A stretch of DNA of 64,000 nucleotides from Stenotrophomonas sp. (GTDB taxonomy: Bacteria; Pseudomonadota; Gammaproteobacteria; Xanthomonadales; Xanthomonadaceae), in assembly GCA_031987665.1 (NCBI GenBank), contig DALZZG010000003.1:45629-109628 (forward strand), in the 5' to 3' direction. The translations under genes were made by a program, and so were the position numbers. Of this stretch, positions 19,351-29,584 are shown in pieces. Below the pieces are notes generated by a model. That model was not told where the DNA came from, did not search any database, and worked only from the letters and a program-made list of their open reading frames with translations. The first letter of the stretch is position 1. Every line of letters starts with the position of its first letter.

Positions 19351-20133
19351 TCACTTCTCGACGAAGGCGCGCTCGAACACGTAGTGGCCCGCGGTGCCGA
19401 TGCGGCTGGACACCTCGAAGCCGCGTGCGTCCAGCACGCTGCGCAGATCGGCCAGCATCTGCGGGCTGCCGCAGATCATGAAGCGGTCGTTGGCCGGGTC
19501 CAGCGGTGGCAGGCCCAAGGTCTTCTGCATCTGGCCGGTTTCCATCAGCGTGGTGAGGCGGCCCTGGTTGGGGAACGGCTCGCGCGTGACGGCAGGGTAG
19601 TACAGCAGCTTGTCGCGCACGATGTCGCCAAGGATCTCATCGTTCGGCAGCTCATTCTCGAAGTAATCGCGGTAGGCGAGGTCCTTCTCGAAACGCACGC
19701 CGTGGCAGACGATGACCTTCTCGAAACGCTCGTAGGTCTCCGGGTCCTTCACGATGCTCAGCCACGGCGCCAGGCCGGTGCCGGTGCCCAGAAGGTACAG
19801 GTGCTTGCCCGGGTGCAGGTCGCTGATCAGCAGGGTGCCCGTGGGCTTCTTGCCGACCAGGATCTTGTCGCCGGGCTTGAGGTGCTGCAGGCGCGAGGTC
19901 AGCGGGCCGTCCTGCACCTTGATGCTGAAGAAGTGCAGTTGCTCTTCCCAGTTGGCGCTGGCGATGGAGTAGGCACGCATCAGCGGGCGGGCGCCTTCAT
20001 TCTCCAGCCCGATCATCACGAACTGGCCGTTGTCGAAGCGGAAACCGCTGTCACGGGTGGTGGAAAAGCTGAAGTAGGCGTCCGTCCAGTGACGGACTTC
20101 AAGCACCGTTTCGGCGCCGAAAGCGGAGGACAT
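19351..20133 (-). CDS. fpr: Ferredoxin-NADP+ reductase
   Basis: 'RAYSIAS', 'GTGTGLAP', 'MICGS', C-terminal 'AFVEK'. Confidence 0.95.
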   Translation of the reverse strand: MSSAFGAETVLEVRHWTDAYFSFSTTRDSGFRFDNGQFVMIGLENEGARPLMRAYSIASANWEEQLHFFSIKVQDGPLTSRLQHLKPGDKILVGKKPTGTLLISDLHPGKHLYLLGTGTGLAPWLSIVKDPETYERFEKVIVCHGVRFEKDLAYRDYFENELPNDEILGDIVRDKLLYYPAVTREPFPNQGRLTTLMETGQMQKTLGLPPLDPANDRFMICGSPQMLADLRSVLDARGFEVSSRIGTAGHYVFERAFVEK

Positions 20134-20232
20134 GGCGTGGGGGTTGTTGAAGTATGACTGCGCTATTCTAGCCGACTTCCCGTTGATGCGAATGGATCGC
20201 ATTTAAGTGGCACCCAGCCCCCAGAGGCCGGT

Positions 20233-20299
20233 GTAGAGCGGAGCCACGCTCCGCTGGGCTTTGCCGGGAAGGCTTCTGCCGAGCATGGCTCGGCACTAC
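20233..20299. repeat. REP doublet of a second GTAG family (Stenotrophomonas-like), two different palindromes
   Basis: GTAGAGCGGAGCCACGCTCCGCT ... TGCCGAGCATGGCTCGGCACTAC. Confidence 0.8.
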
Positions 20300-20313
20300 G
20301 CGCCAATCGGGCT

Positions 20314-22179
20314 TTATCGGTAACCCGCGGCCTGCAGCTCGAACAGCTCCGCGTAGCGGCCACCTTGGGCCATCAGCTGCTCATGGGTGCCGCTGGCCTC
20401 GATGCGGCCGTCGGCCAGCACCAGAATGCGGTCGGCCATGCGGACCGAGGAGAACCGGTGCGAGATCAGCACGGCGGTGCGGTCGTCAGACAGCTCCTTG
20501 AAGCGCTGGAACACCTCGAACTCGGCACGCGCATCGAGCGCGGCGGTGGGTTCGTCCAGGATCATCACCTGCGCATCGCGCATGTAGGCGCGGGCGATGG
20601 CGATCTTCTGCCACTGCCCGCCGGACAGGTCCACGCCGGTCTTGAAGCGCCGGCCGATCAGCTGCTCGTAGCCGGCAGGCAGCCCTTCGATGACCTCGTC
20701 CGCCAGTGCTCGGTGCGCCGCGTCGCGGATGCGTGGCTGGTCGTCCATGGACTCCACCAGACCGACGCCGATGTTCTCGCCGGCGGACAGGTGGTAGCGC
20801 ACGAAATCCTGGAAGATCACCCCCATGTTCGCGCGCAGGTCGTCCAGATCGTAATCGCGCAGGTCGCGACCATCCAGCAGGATGCGCCCCTCGTCAGGGT
20901 CGTACAGCCGCGCCAGCAGTTTGACCAGCGTGGTCTTGCCGGCGCCGTTTTCGCCCACCAGCGCGATCACTTCACCTGCCTGCAGCTGGAAATCGAGGTG
21001 ACGCACCGCCCAGCGCTCGGCATCCGGGTAGCGGAAGCCCACATCCTCGAACACGAAGCCCTCACGGATGGGGCGCGGAATCGGCAGCGCATCCGGGCGC
21101 GAGCGGATCTCCGGTTCGATGGCGAAGAAGGAGAACAGGTCATCCAGATAAAGCGCCTGGCTGGCCACCTGCGAGAAGCCGCTGAGCAACCCTTCCAGCA
21201 GCTGCCGCAGACGCATGAAACTGCCCGACAGGAAGGTCAGGTCACCGATGCTGAAGTCGCCCCGGATGGTGCGCCACGCAATGTAGGCATAGGCCGCGTA
21301 GTAGCCCAGCGTGCCCAGTGCTGCCAGCAGCGTACCCCATACCGCACGCTTGCGGGCCAGCGCGCGGTTGGCACGGTAGAAGCGCTCGGCCAGCAGCTTG
21401 TAACGGTCGATCAGGAAGCGGTTGAGGTTGAATATCTTCACCTCCTTGGCCGTTTCCACGCTGGCGCCCACCTGGCGCAGGTAGTCGAGCTGGCGGCGCT
21501 CGGGCGTCCAGCTGAAGTTGAGCGAATAGCCCAGTGCGTTGAAGTGCGATTCGCCGATGAAGGCCGGCACCAGCGCCACCGCCAGCAGCAGCATCAGCCA
21601 GGGCGCGTACATCACCAGACCGGCAGCGAAACTGATGACGGTGATCATGTCCTGCGCCTGCCCGAACAACTGGCTCATCAGGCTCATCCGCCCCATCGTC
21701 TGGCGGCGGGCGCGGTCGAGCTTGTCCTGCAGGTCGGGGTCCTCGAAATCCTCCAAGTCCAGCTCGGCGGCATGCTCCATCAGGCGCACGCTGGTGGCGT
21801 TGGTGAACAGTTCGGACAGCAGGGAATCGGCGTAGTTGACCAGCCGCCCCAGCAGGTCCGAGCCGATGGCGATGGACAGCTCCAGCAGCAGCAATTCCAG
21901 CAGGGTGTTGAGGTAGCCGCTGGACAGCGCCTCGCTCAGCGGTGGCATCGGGCCGGCACCGGCCAGGCGCACCGCCTCGTCGATGATCAGCTTGCCCACG
22001 TACAGCATGGCCACCGGCATCACCGCGCGGATCAGGCGCAGGCCGAGGCTGGTGAGGGTCAGGCCGGGGCTGGTCTGCCACACCTGCCGCAGGAACGGCG
22101 GCAGGTTGCGCATGGCGTCCACGCGCTCGCGGAAGCTGGGTTGCTTGGCACCGGGTGCGGGGGCAGCGTGGGGCGGCAT
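20314..22179 (-). CDS. ABC transporter, fused permease/ATPase (exporter type)
   Basis: N-terminal TMD; GENGAGKT, LSGGQWQ, ILDEPT. Confidence 0.92.
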   Translation of the reverse strand: MPPHAAPAPGAKQPSFRERVDAMRNLPPFLRQVWQTSPGLTLTSLGLRLIRAVMPVAMLYVGKLIIDEAVRLAGAGPMPPLSEALSSGYLNTLLELLLLELSIAIGSDLLGRLVNYADSLLSELFTNATSVRLMEHAAELDLEDFEDPDLQDKLDRARRQTMGRMSLMSQLFGQAQDMITVISFAAGLVMYAPWLMLLLAVALVPAFIGESHFNALGYSLNFSWTPERRQLDYLRQVGASVETAKEVKIFNLNRFLIDRYKLLAERFYRANRALARKRAVWGTLLAALGTLGYYAAYAYIAWRTIRGDFSIGDLTFLSGSFMRLRQLLEGLLSGFSQVASQALYLDDLFSFFAIEPEIRSRPDALPIPRPIREGFVFEDVGFRYPDAERWAVRHLDFQLQAGEVIALVGENGAGKTTLVKLLARLYDPDEGRILLDGRDLRDYDLDDLRANMGVIFQDFVRYHLSAGENIGVGLVESMDDQPRIRDAAHRALADEVIEGLPAGYEQLIGRRFKTGVDLSGGQWQKIAIARAYMRDAQVMILDEPTAALDARAEFEVFQRFKELSDDRTAVLISHRFSSVRMADRILVLADGRIEASGTHEQLMAQGGRYAELFELQAAGYR

Positions 22180-22247
22180 GGGGTTCAGCGGGAAGAAGAC
22201 CGCATCAGAGTAGCGCTACCGGAGGCGGCTTCAACCGATCGCGTGGA

Positions 22248-22565
22248 TCAACCGTCCTTGCCCAGGTCGATATCGCCCATCTCGGCATCATCGGTGCCGT
22301 CCGGGTTGTCGCGTACCGCGCCGCCACGCGGGCCGAACGAGCGCTTGCCGCCGTCCACGTTGAGCAGGCTGCGCACACTGCGCACGCCTTCGATGTCGGC
22401 CACGAGGGCTTCCACTTCGTCCTTCGCCGCCGCGCTTGGAACATCGCCGGACAGGGTGATGCGCCCGTCCTTCACCTGCACCAGCACCTGCGAGGCCTGA
22501 CCGTGACGGCCAAGGGTCTGGACCACTTCATCGCCAATCAGGGTGTCGGAGCGTTCTGCAGCCAT
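22248..22565 (-). CDS. BON domain protein
   Basis: 'VQVKDGRITLSGDV...IEGVRSVRSLL'; start could be 22595. Confidence 0.8.
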   Translation of the reverse strand: MAAERSDTLIGDEVVQTLGRHGQASQVLVQVKDGRITLSGDVPSAAAKDEVEALVADIEGVRSVRSLLNVDGGKRSFGPRGGAVRDNPDGTDDAEMGDIDLGKDG

Positions 22566-22748
22566 CGGGCGTTCCTCGGGGAAGAGAGAAATCACGATGG
22601 CGCAAGTGGTGTGAGTGTTGTGTTACTTGGGCGGCCGCATTGTCCGGGCGGTTCGACCGCGCCCAGAAACCAGCGGCAATGTCGAAGAACAGAGCTCGCG
22701 TCTGGGAAAAGCGGAACGGCGCCTTGCAGTCTGCGGCCTCGTGACTGC

Positions 22749-23393
22749 TTACCGCCGCGGCCCTTCCGGTGGTGGCGGGTCCGAGGACTGCAGCGCCACC
22801 GGCAGGTGCCAGCCGTAATGCATGGCCATCATGCGCAGGCCGAAGCACAGGCCCGCGCCGGCCAGCGCGCAGGGCAGGGGCGGCAGGCCCAGCCAGTAGC
22901 CGACCGCGACCACTGCCGCACCCGCCAACGCGGCCACGGCATACAGTTCGGCCTGCAGCACCAGCGGCACCTGCGCGAGCAGCACGTCACGGGCGATGCC
23001 TCCCCCGATACCGGTCAGCATGCCGAGCGCCGCTGCCATGGGCGGCGCGATACCGAAGGCCAGCGCCTTCTGCGTGCCCGCCACGGCGAACAGGGCCAGA
23101 CCCATGGCATCGAACATCCGCACCGGGTACTGCATGCGCTCGATCAGCGGTGCCCAGAAGAAGGTGACCACGCCGGCCAGCAGGGTGATGGCCGGGTAGC
23201 GCCAGTCGCTGATCGCGGCCACTGGGGTGGCGCCGATCAGCAGATCGCGGGTGATGCCGCCCGCCAACGCGGCGGCGAAGGAGAGGACCAGCACGCCGAA
23301 GATGTCCAGCCGGCGGCGCACGCCCATCGTCGCCCCCGACAGGGCGAAGACGAAGGTGCCGATGAGGTCGAGGATCAGTACGAGGGTTCCCAT
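22749..23393 (-). CDS. TRIC/UPF0126 family membrane protein
   Basis: Duplicated 'GGITRDLL'/'GGGIARDVL' motifs. Confidence 0.9.
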   Translation of the reverse strand: MGTLVLILDLIGTFVFALSGATMGVRRRLDIFGVLVLSFAAALAGGITRDLLIGATPVAAISDWRYPAITLLAGVVTFFWAPLIERMQYPVRMFDAMGLALFAVAGTQKALAFGIAPPMAAALGMLTGIGGGIARDVLLAQVPLVLQAELYAVAALAGAAVVAVGYWLGLPPLPCALAGAGLCFGLRMMAMHYGWHLPVALQSSDPPPPEGPRR

Positions 23394-23557
23394 GGGCGGG
23401 GATTGTGCCTTTTCCGGCAGGCTGCTGCCGCCAGCGGCATTTGGCCAATGTCATAGGGCAGGGCTATCGGCGTGATCCATGCGCCTGCCGGCGCGGGCAG
23501 GCGTGCAGGAGTAGAATGAAGGGGTTAACCCCACAGCAAGCCGAGTTGATGCCCGCC

Positions 23558-25111
23558 GTGAGCCAGTCCAACGTCAATCGTGATCCCAGCCTGCCAGTTT
23601 CCATCAAGCAGGAAGACCTCATCCAATCCGTCGCCGATGCGCTGCAGTACATCTCGTACTACCACCCGGTGGACTACATCAAGAACCTCGCCGCCGCCTA
23701 CGAGCGCGAAGAGTCGCCGGCCGCCAAGGAGGCGATGGCGCAGATTCTGATCAACTCACGCATGTGCGCCGAAGGCCACCGGCCGATCTGCCAGGACACC
23801 GGCATCGTCACCGTGTTCCTGGAAATCGGCATGAACGTGCGCTGGGACGACGCCACCATGGGTGTCGAGGACATGGCCAACGAGGGCATCCGCCGCGCCT
23901 ATGCCTACCCCGACAACAAACTGCGCGCCTCGGTGCTGGCCGATCCGGCCGGCAAGCGCACCAACACCAAGGACAACACCCCGGGCGTGGTGAACATCAA
24001 GGTGGTGCCGGGCAACACGGTGGACGTGATCGTCGCCGCCAAGGGCGGTGGTTCGGAAGCCAAGAGCAAGTTCGCCATGCTCAACCCTTCCGATTCCATC
24101 GTGGACTGGGTGCTCAAGACGGTGCCGACCATGGGCGCCGGCTGGTGCCCGCCGGGCATGCTGGGCATCGGCATCGGCGGCACCGCCGAGAAGGCGATGC
24201 TGCTGGCCAAGGAATCGCTGATGGAGCCCATCGACATCACAGACCTGAAGGCGCGCGGCGCGTCCAACCGCGCCGAAGAGCTGCGCCTTGAGCTGTTCGA
24301 GAAGGTCAACGCGCTGGGCATCGGCGCGCAGGGGCTGGGCGGCCTGACCACGGTGCTCGACATCAAGGTCAAGGATTTCCCGACCCATGCCGCCAACCTG
24401 CCGGTGGCGATGATTCCCAACTGCGCCGCCACCCGCCACGCGCACTTCACGCTGGACGGCAGCGGCCCGGTGATGCTGGATCCGCCGTCGCTGGAAGACT
24501 GGCCCAAGCTGACCTACGACGCCTCCAAGGGCACGCGCGTCAACCTGGATACCATCACGCCGGAAGAAGTGGCCAGCTGGAAGCCGGGCCAGACCCTGCT
24601 GCTCAACGGCAGGCTGCTGACCGGCCGCGATGCCGCGCACAAGCGCATGGTGGACATGCTCAACAAGGGCGAGCCGCTGCCGGTGGACCTCAAGGGTCGC
24701 TTCATCTACTACGTCGGCCCGGTGGACCCGGTGCGTGACGAAGTGGTGGGCCCGGCAGGCCCGACCACGGCCACCCGCATGGACAAGTTCACCCGCCAGA
24801 TCCTGGAGCAGACCGGCCTGCTGGGCATGGTCGGCAAGGCCGAGCGCGGCCCGGCTGCGATCGAGGCGATCCGCGACAGCAAGTCGGCCTACCTGATGGC
24901 GGTGGGCGGTTCGGCCTACCTGGTGTCCAAGGCGATCAAGGCGTCCAAGGTGGTGGGCTTCGCCGACCTGGGCATGGAAGCGATCTACGAGTTCACCGTG
25001 CAGGACATGCCGGTGACCGTGGCGGTGGATTCCACCGGCGAGTCCGTGCACAAGACCGGCCCGCGCGAATGGCAGGCCCGCATCGGCAAGATTCCGGTGG
25101 TGGTCGAGTAA
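23558..25111 (+). CDS. Class I fumarate hydratase (Fe-S)
   Basis: 'PICQDTG', 'KGGGSE', 'GWCPP', 'GRDAAH', 'GPTTATRM'; exact start uncertain. Confidence 0.93.
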   Translation: MSQSNVNRDPSLPVSIKQEDLIQSVADALQYISYYHPVDYIKNLAAAYEREESPAAKEAMAQILINSRMCAEGHRPICQDTGIVTVFLEIGMNVRWDDATMGVEDMANEGIRRAYAYPDNKLRASVLADPAGKRTNTKDNTPGVVNIKVVPGNTVDVIVAAKGGGSEAKSKFAMLNPSDSIVDWVLKTVPTMGAGWCPPGMLGIGIGGTAEKAMLLAKESLMEPIDITDLKARGASNRAEELRLELFEKVNALGIGAQGLGGLTTVLDIKVKDFPTHAANLPVAMIPNCAATRHAHFTLDGSGPVMLDPPSLEDWPKLTYDASKGTRVNLDTITPEEVASWKPGQTLLLNGRLLTGRDAAHKRMVDMLNKGEPLPVDLKGRFIYYVGPVDPVRDEVVGPAGPTTATRMDKFTRQILEQTGLLGMVGKAERGPAAIEAIRDSKSAYLMAVGGSAYLVSKAIKASKVVGFADLGMEAIYEFTVQDMPVTVAVDSTGESVHKTGPREWQARIGKIPVVVE

Positions 25112-25248
25112 TCCACGCGCCCCACGGGTGATGCCGCGACGGCCCGGGCCATGCTCGGGCCGTTGTGTTTTCGGGGTCTGCCAAGTGGTCGAACATTGGC
25201 GATGTGTGCGGCGAACGCCTGAATCGCTGCAGGGCCGGCTGCAGCTGA

Positions 25249-26358
25249 TCAGTCCACGAATTCGTCGTACTTGCGGCCGCCCTGGAACGGCATCAGGTGC
25301 TGACGGATGATGCCCTTGGGTACGGTTTCCAGTTTCATCACGCCGTATTCCTGCGGCCACTGCGACTGGTCGCGCGGCAGCCGGAAGGTGCCCATCAGCA
25401 TGTCCACCACAGGCAGGTGGATGGCGTAGTTGACGTCGATGTAGTCCTTCTGCCGCGCGTGGTGCCAATGGTGGTAGCGCGGCAGCACCAGCAGGTATTC
25501 CAGCCAGCCGAAACGGATGCCCAGGTTGGCGTGCGCCAGCACTGCCTGCAGGCCGACCAGGATCACGTAGGCATTCACCGCCGGCGTCGAGAAGCCGAGC
25601 ACCAGCAGCGGCAGCAGCACCGCGCTGCGGGTCATCACGATTTCGACGAAATGGATGCGCGAGCCGGCCAGCCAGTCCATGTGACGGCTGGAGTGGTGCA
25701 CCGCGTGGAAACGCCAGAGCCACGGAATCTTGTGGTACGCACGGTGCAGCAGCGCCTGCGCCATGTCGGCGACGAACACCGCGATCAGGAACTGCGCCCA
25801 GACCGGCAGTGACTGGATGGCTGCCTTCAATGACGGGAATGCGGCAAGGCCGGCGATGGTCGAGGTGGAGGCGGTCACCAGGATCAGGATGAACTGCACC
25901 AGCACATGGCTCATGAAGAAGTAGGCCACGTCGGTGCGCCAGCCGGGACGCAGGGGCGACAGCTCACGCTTGCCGAGGTAGCGCTCCAGCGGAACGAACA
26001 CCAGCGCCGAGAAGAACAGCGACAGCACGAACCAGTCCAGCCCGAGCGAGTAGGGCGTCTGGCCGATGCCATCGAACTGCACGTTGGTTCCGCCGAACAG
26101 CACAGCCAATGTCGCCGCGCCCACGCCGATCATGGCGATGCGCTTGTTGCGGTCGCGCAGGATGGCCACGGTGCCGAGGATGAACGCCGCCGCCAGCCCT
26201 ACCAGCAGCAGGTGGCGGGCGAAGTGTTCGTTGTAGACGGCGCGGAACTCACGGCTGGTCAGCAGCTCCGGGAAGTGGAAGCAGGCCACGCCCATCAGGC
26301 TGAGCAGCCCCAGCAGGGCGGAGGCGTAGGCGAAGAAGGAGCGGCGTTTGCGAGCCAT
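25249..26358 (-). CDS. Sterol desaturase/fatty acid hydroxylase family protein
   Basis: His boxes HRAYH, HAVHHS, HHWHH; multi-TM. Confidence 0.9.
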   Translation of the reverse strand: MARKRRSFFAYASALLGLLSLMGVACFHFPELLTSREFRAVYNEHFARHLLLVGLAAAFILGTVAILRDRNKRIAMIGVGAATLAVLFGGTNVQFDGIGQTPYSLGLDWFVLSLFFSALVFVPLERYLGKRELSPLRPGWRTDVAYFFMSHVLVQFILILVTASTSTIAGLAAFPSLKAAIQSLPVWAQFLIAVFVADMAQALLHRAYHKIPWLWRFHAVHHSSRHMDWLAGSRIHFVEIVMTRSAVLLPLLVLGFSTPAVNAYVILVGLQAVLAHANLGIRFGWLEYLLVLPRYHHWHHARQKDYIDVNYAIHLPVVDMLMGTFRLPRDQSQWPQEYGVMKLETVPKGIIRQHLMPFQGGRKYDEFVD

Positions 26359-26554
26359 GGGTGGACATCCTGTCGGTCTGCGTCGTGTAGCAGTAGGATG
26401 GAATTCTGCCCGTATGGCTGGCATCGGGGAAGCGGCCAGTCAGCTTCACGCGGGCTGCAGCACCGCGCCGCTAACGTGGGTGCCATGGACGGCCTGCGTG
26501 CATGCGGTTGTGGCTGCGGTGCCGTCGCTCGGTATCCCTATCGGAGTGCCTGCC

Positions 26555-27088
26555 ATGAGTGACCTGAATGTTCCAGTGAGCGAGCAGGACCACCATCAGG
26601 GGCGGTTGGATGCCCCGGTCGTGCTGGTCGAATATGCCGATTACCAGTGCCCTTACTGCGGTGAGGCGTTCCCGCTGGTGCAGCGGCTGCAGCAGCGTTT
26701 TGGCGATGACCTGTGCTTCGTGTTCCGCAACTTCCCGCTGGTGCAGTCGCACCCGCAGGCCCTGCCGGCGGCGATCACCGCCGAGTACGCGGGTACGCAC
26801 GGTAAGTTCTGGGAAGCGCACGACGCGCTGTTCCGCAGCCAGCAGCAGCTGGGCGAAGTGGTCTACCGTGCGCTCATGCGCGAGCTGGGGCTGTCCGAGG
26901 ACGGGCTGGCGGCGGCCATGGACAAGCCGAGCAGCCTGAGCCGCATCCAGGACGACATCGAGGGCGCGATGCGCAGCGGCGTGGAGGGCACGCCGGCGTT
27001 CTTCGTCAACGGCCGCAGGTTCCAACCGCAGCAGAGCTTCGAGGAGCTCTACGAGGAAATCGTGGCCGCGCTGGGCAACAAGGCCTGA
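26555..27088 (+). CDS. DsbA-like thioredoxin-fold protein, no signal peptide
   Basis: 'EYADYQCPYC', 'FRNFPL', 'GVEGTPAFFVNG'. Confidence 0.9.
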   Translation: MSDLNVPVSEQDHHQGRLDAPVVLVEYADYQCPYCGEAFPLVQRLQQRFGDDLCFVFRNFPLVQSHPQALPAAITAEYAGTHGKFWEAHDALFRSQQQLGEVVYRALMRELGLSEDGLAAAMDKPSSLSRIQDDIEGAMRSGVEGTPAFFVNGRRFQPQQSFEELYEEIVAALGNKA

Positions 27089-27101
27089 CCGCACCCACAA
27101 C

Positions 27102-27239
27102 GTAGCCCGGGTAAGCGAAGCGCACCCGGGGAATGAGCGGCGAGGTGGTGTCTGGCTTCTACGAACTCGCCGCGGCGTGACTTCGCTGCGATTGGATCAT
27201 TCGCATGCGTCCCGGGTGCGCTTCGCTTACCCGGGCTAC
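27102..27239. repeat. Inverted REP doublet
   Basis: GTAGCCCGGGTAAGCGAAGCGCACCCGGG and its reverse complement. Confidence 0.9.
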
Positions 27240-27262
27240 AGGGGGCTGAAGGGGGCGTCGGC

Positions 27263-27613
27263 TCAGTCGAGCAGCGCCAGCACCTTCTCCGGCGGCCGGC
27301 ACAGCGCGGTGCCCTTGGCCGTGCGCACGATGGGACGGTTGATCAGCGTGGGGTGCTCGTGCATCGCCTTGATCAGTGCGGCATCGTCGTCCAGCTGCCC
27401 GGCCAGCCCCAACTTGGTGTAGATGGCTTCCTTGTTGCGCAGCAGGTCGCGGGCACGGATGTTCATCGCGCGCAGCAGCTCACGCAGCTCCACCTCGCTG
27501 GGTGGCGTGTCGAGATAGTTGATCACTTCGATGTCGGCGCCAGCCTCTTCCAGCAGGGTCAACGCACCCCGCGAATTGGAACAGCGGCTGTTATGCCAGA
27601 TGGTCGCTTTCAT
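27263..27613 (-). CDS. arsC: Arsenate reductase family (glutaredoxin-type ArsC/YfgD-like)
   Basis: 'HNSRCSNSR', 'LINRPIV', 'CRPPE'. Confidence 0.85.
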   Translation of the reverse strand: MKATIWHNSRCSNSRGALTLLEEAGADIEVINYLDTPPSEVELRELLRAMNIRARDLLRNKEAIYTKLGLAGQLDDDAALIKAMHEHPTLINRPIVRTAKGTALCRPPEKVLALLD

Positions 27614-27616
27614 GGC

Positions 27617-28756
27617 TCAGAACCACTCCATCAACGAGACGCCCACGCCGATGTAGGTGGCGCGGTGGTTGTAGTCGATCATGCTTTCGCCATAGCCGTC
27701 GAACACCTGGATATGGCCGCGCAGCAGGTTGTTGAGCGGGAAGCCATAGTCCAGCTGCAGCGAGCCATGCGAACGGTCACCGCTGCGCAGCGAGTGGCGG
27801 CCGGTGAGTGACACCTCATGGCCGTTGCGGTTGTACACCAGCGTGGCGTCGCCACGGCCGATGTAATCCTCGATGTCCGGGTTGTTGTCGTCGCGGTTGC
27901 CTTCGGGGATGCGATACCACGGGCGCAGCATCAGCGCCCAGTTCTCGCGGTCCAGGCCCACGTTGAAGATCACCCGGTTCCAGCTGCGCGACAGCGGATC
28001 GCTGCGGCCATTGGACTGGTGGTTGAGGCTCACGCCGGCCATGCGGCCGTTCCAGCCGAACAGGGAGTAGCCGTTGCGGAAGGCGAGCATCACTTCCGGC
28101 TCGTAGTTGGTTTCGCGGAACGGGCGCGAGATCTCGCTGTTGTAGGCCTGCCAGTGCGAGCTCTGGGTGTAGCCCACCCAGATGTCGCCGTTGTCGCCAA
28201 ACAGGTTCTCGGCCACCTTGGTCTTGAAGCTCAGCTGGAACTTCAGCTCGGTGCTGTTGAGGTCTTCCGGCGCGGTGGCGGTGTTGTTCGGGTTGGGCGA
28301 ATGCGGCAGCTCGTTCGGATTGCTGCTCCAGAACGCGGGCAGCAGGTAGACCGGCTTGTAGGCGCGCAGCTGGAACAGGCCCAGCTTGGAGTCCTTGGCG
28401 AGTTCCCAGCGGCTGTCCAGCAGCGAACCCCGGCCTGCGTTGGCGGCGAGGGCGGCCAGTTCGTCATGGGCGAACAGCTCCTTGCGGCGCGGGTCCTGCT
28501 CGTCCATCGCCTTGGCGGTGGCCTTGGCTTCCTTGCGTGCCTGCTGTGCGGCGTTGGCCGCGGCGTCGGCAGCGCGGGTGTCTTCCGGGCTGCGCCCCAG
28601 TGCCTTGTCGTAACAGGCAAGGCGGGCGGCGTCGGAGTCCAGCGCGAAGCAGGCTTCGGGCGAGGCCGGGTCGGTGATGGATTCCTGGGCCAGGGCAGGG
28701 GCGCTGACGCCCACCAGGGCGATCAGCAGTGCATGGCGGAGGGGAGAGTTGGGCAT
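27617..28756 (-). CDS. pldA: Outer membrane phospholipase A
   Basis: 'KFQLSFK', 'PFRETNYEPE', 'HQSNG...SRSWNR'; C-terminal aromatic residue. Confidence 0.92.
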   Translation of the reverse strand: MPNSPLRHALLIALVGVSAPALAQESITDPASPEACFALDSDAARLACYDKALGRSPEDTRAADAAANAAQQARKEAKATAKAMDEQDPRRKELFAHDELAALAANAGRGSLLDSRWELAKDSKLGLFQLRAYKPVYLLPAFWSSNPNELPHSPNPNNTATAPEDLNSTELKFQLSFKTKVAENLFGDNGDIWVGYTQSSHWQAYNSEISRPFRETNYEPEVMLAFRNGYSLFGWNGRMAGVSLNHQSNGRSDPLSRSWNRVIFNVGLDRENWALMLRPWYRIPEGNRDDNNPDIEDYIGRGDATLVYNRNGHEVSLTGRHSLRSGDRSHGSLQLDYGFPLNNLLRGHIQVFDGYGESMIDYNHRATYIGVGVSLMEWF

Positions 28757-28865
28757 CGTGGGATTCCGGTCATGGCAAGGGGCCGGTGCCTTCCGGGGAA
28801 GGAACATCCGTGGCAAGCCCAATTGTCGGTGATAGCGCCGTGCAGGGGGAGTCATGGGCCGAGGG

Positions 28866-29351
28866 TCAGACGAACCAGGCCACGGCGAACACCGCCACCA
28901 TGGTCATGGCCAGGCCCAGCTTGAAGGCCACGCCCAGCACGATGCCCAGCCAGGTGCCGAAGCCGACCTTGGTAGCCTGGCCCAGCTTGCGGCCGTGCAG
29001 GTACTCGCCGCCAAGCGCGCCAAGGAAGGGGCCGACGAACAGGCCAATCGGCATGAAGAACAGGCCCACCACGGTGCCGATCACCGAGCCGATCAGCGCC
29101 ATGCGGCTGGCGCCCACCTTCTTTGCGCCTATCACCGTCGAAACAACATCGATGATCAGCGAAATGACGGTCAAGACGCCAAGTACAACCAACGTAAGCC
29201 AGCCGATCCGCTCGAAGCCCTCGGTCCAGGCGGCAACCAGAAGTCCCACGAAAACCAGCGGTACGCCGGGCAGGGCGGGCAGGATGATGCCCGCAAGTCC
29301 GATCAATACCAGGATCGCCGCAACCGTATAGAAGATGAATGAATAGTCCAT
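28866..29351 (-). CDS. DUF456 family membrane protein
   Basis: 'GIILPALPG', 'GAKKVGAS', 'GPFLGA'. Confidence 0.85.
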   Translation of the reverse strand: MDYSFIFYTVAAILVLIGLAGIILPALPGVPLVFVGLLVAAWTEGFERIGWLTLVVLGVLTVISLIIDVVSTVIGAKKVGASRMALIGSVIGTVVGLFFMPIGLFVGPFLGALGGEYLHGRKLGQATKVGFGTWLGIVLGVAFKLGLAMTMVAVFAVAWFV

Positions 29352-29402
29352 GTGGGCTCTGAAAGGGTCGAATGGGGCTTGACTTTATTGGTTGTTACGC
29401 CA

Positions 29403-29431
29403 TTGCATTTTGCAAATTCCCGGGTTAACTT
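29403..29431 (+). promoter_or_regulatory. Candidate sigma70 promoter of csp gene
   Basis: TTGCAT-17 nt-TAACTT in AT-rich tract; implies about 145-nt 5' UTR. Confidence 0.5.
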
Positions 29432-29584
29432 GCAGCCGCTGAGCTTGGCAAGGTCACCGTGAATCGTGGCCTGATGGGTAGATCGCATGATTTGCTGCAT
29501 CGTTGCACCTCGCTTCCTCCTTGCAATCAGCCGCCTTACAGGGCGTTCCATCAAACGAGAGAGAGCAACAGGGAGTTAGTCGAG

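Noticed and set aside
27263..27613. Arsenic resistance operon
   Set aside because: No arsR, arsB or acr3; the ArsC-family gene is simply downstream of pldA
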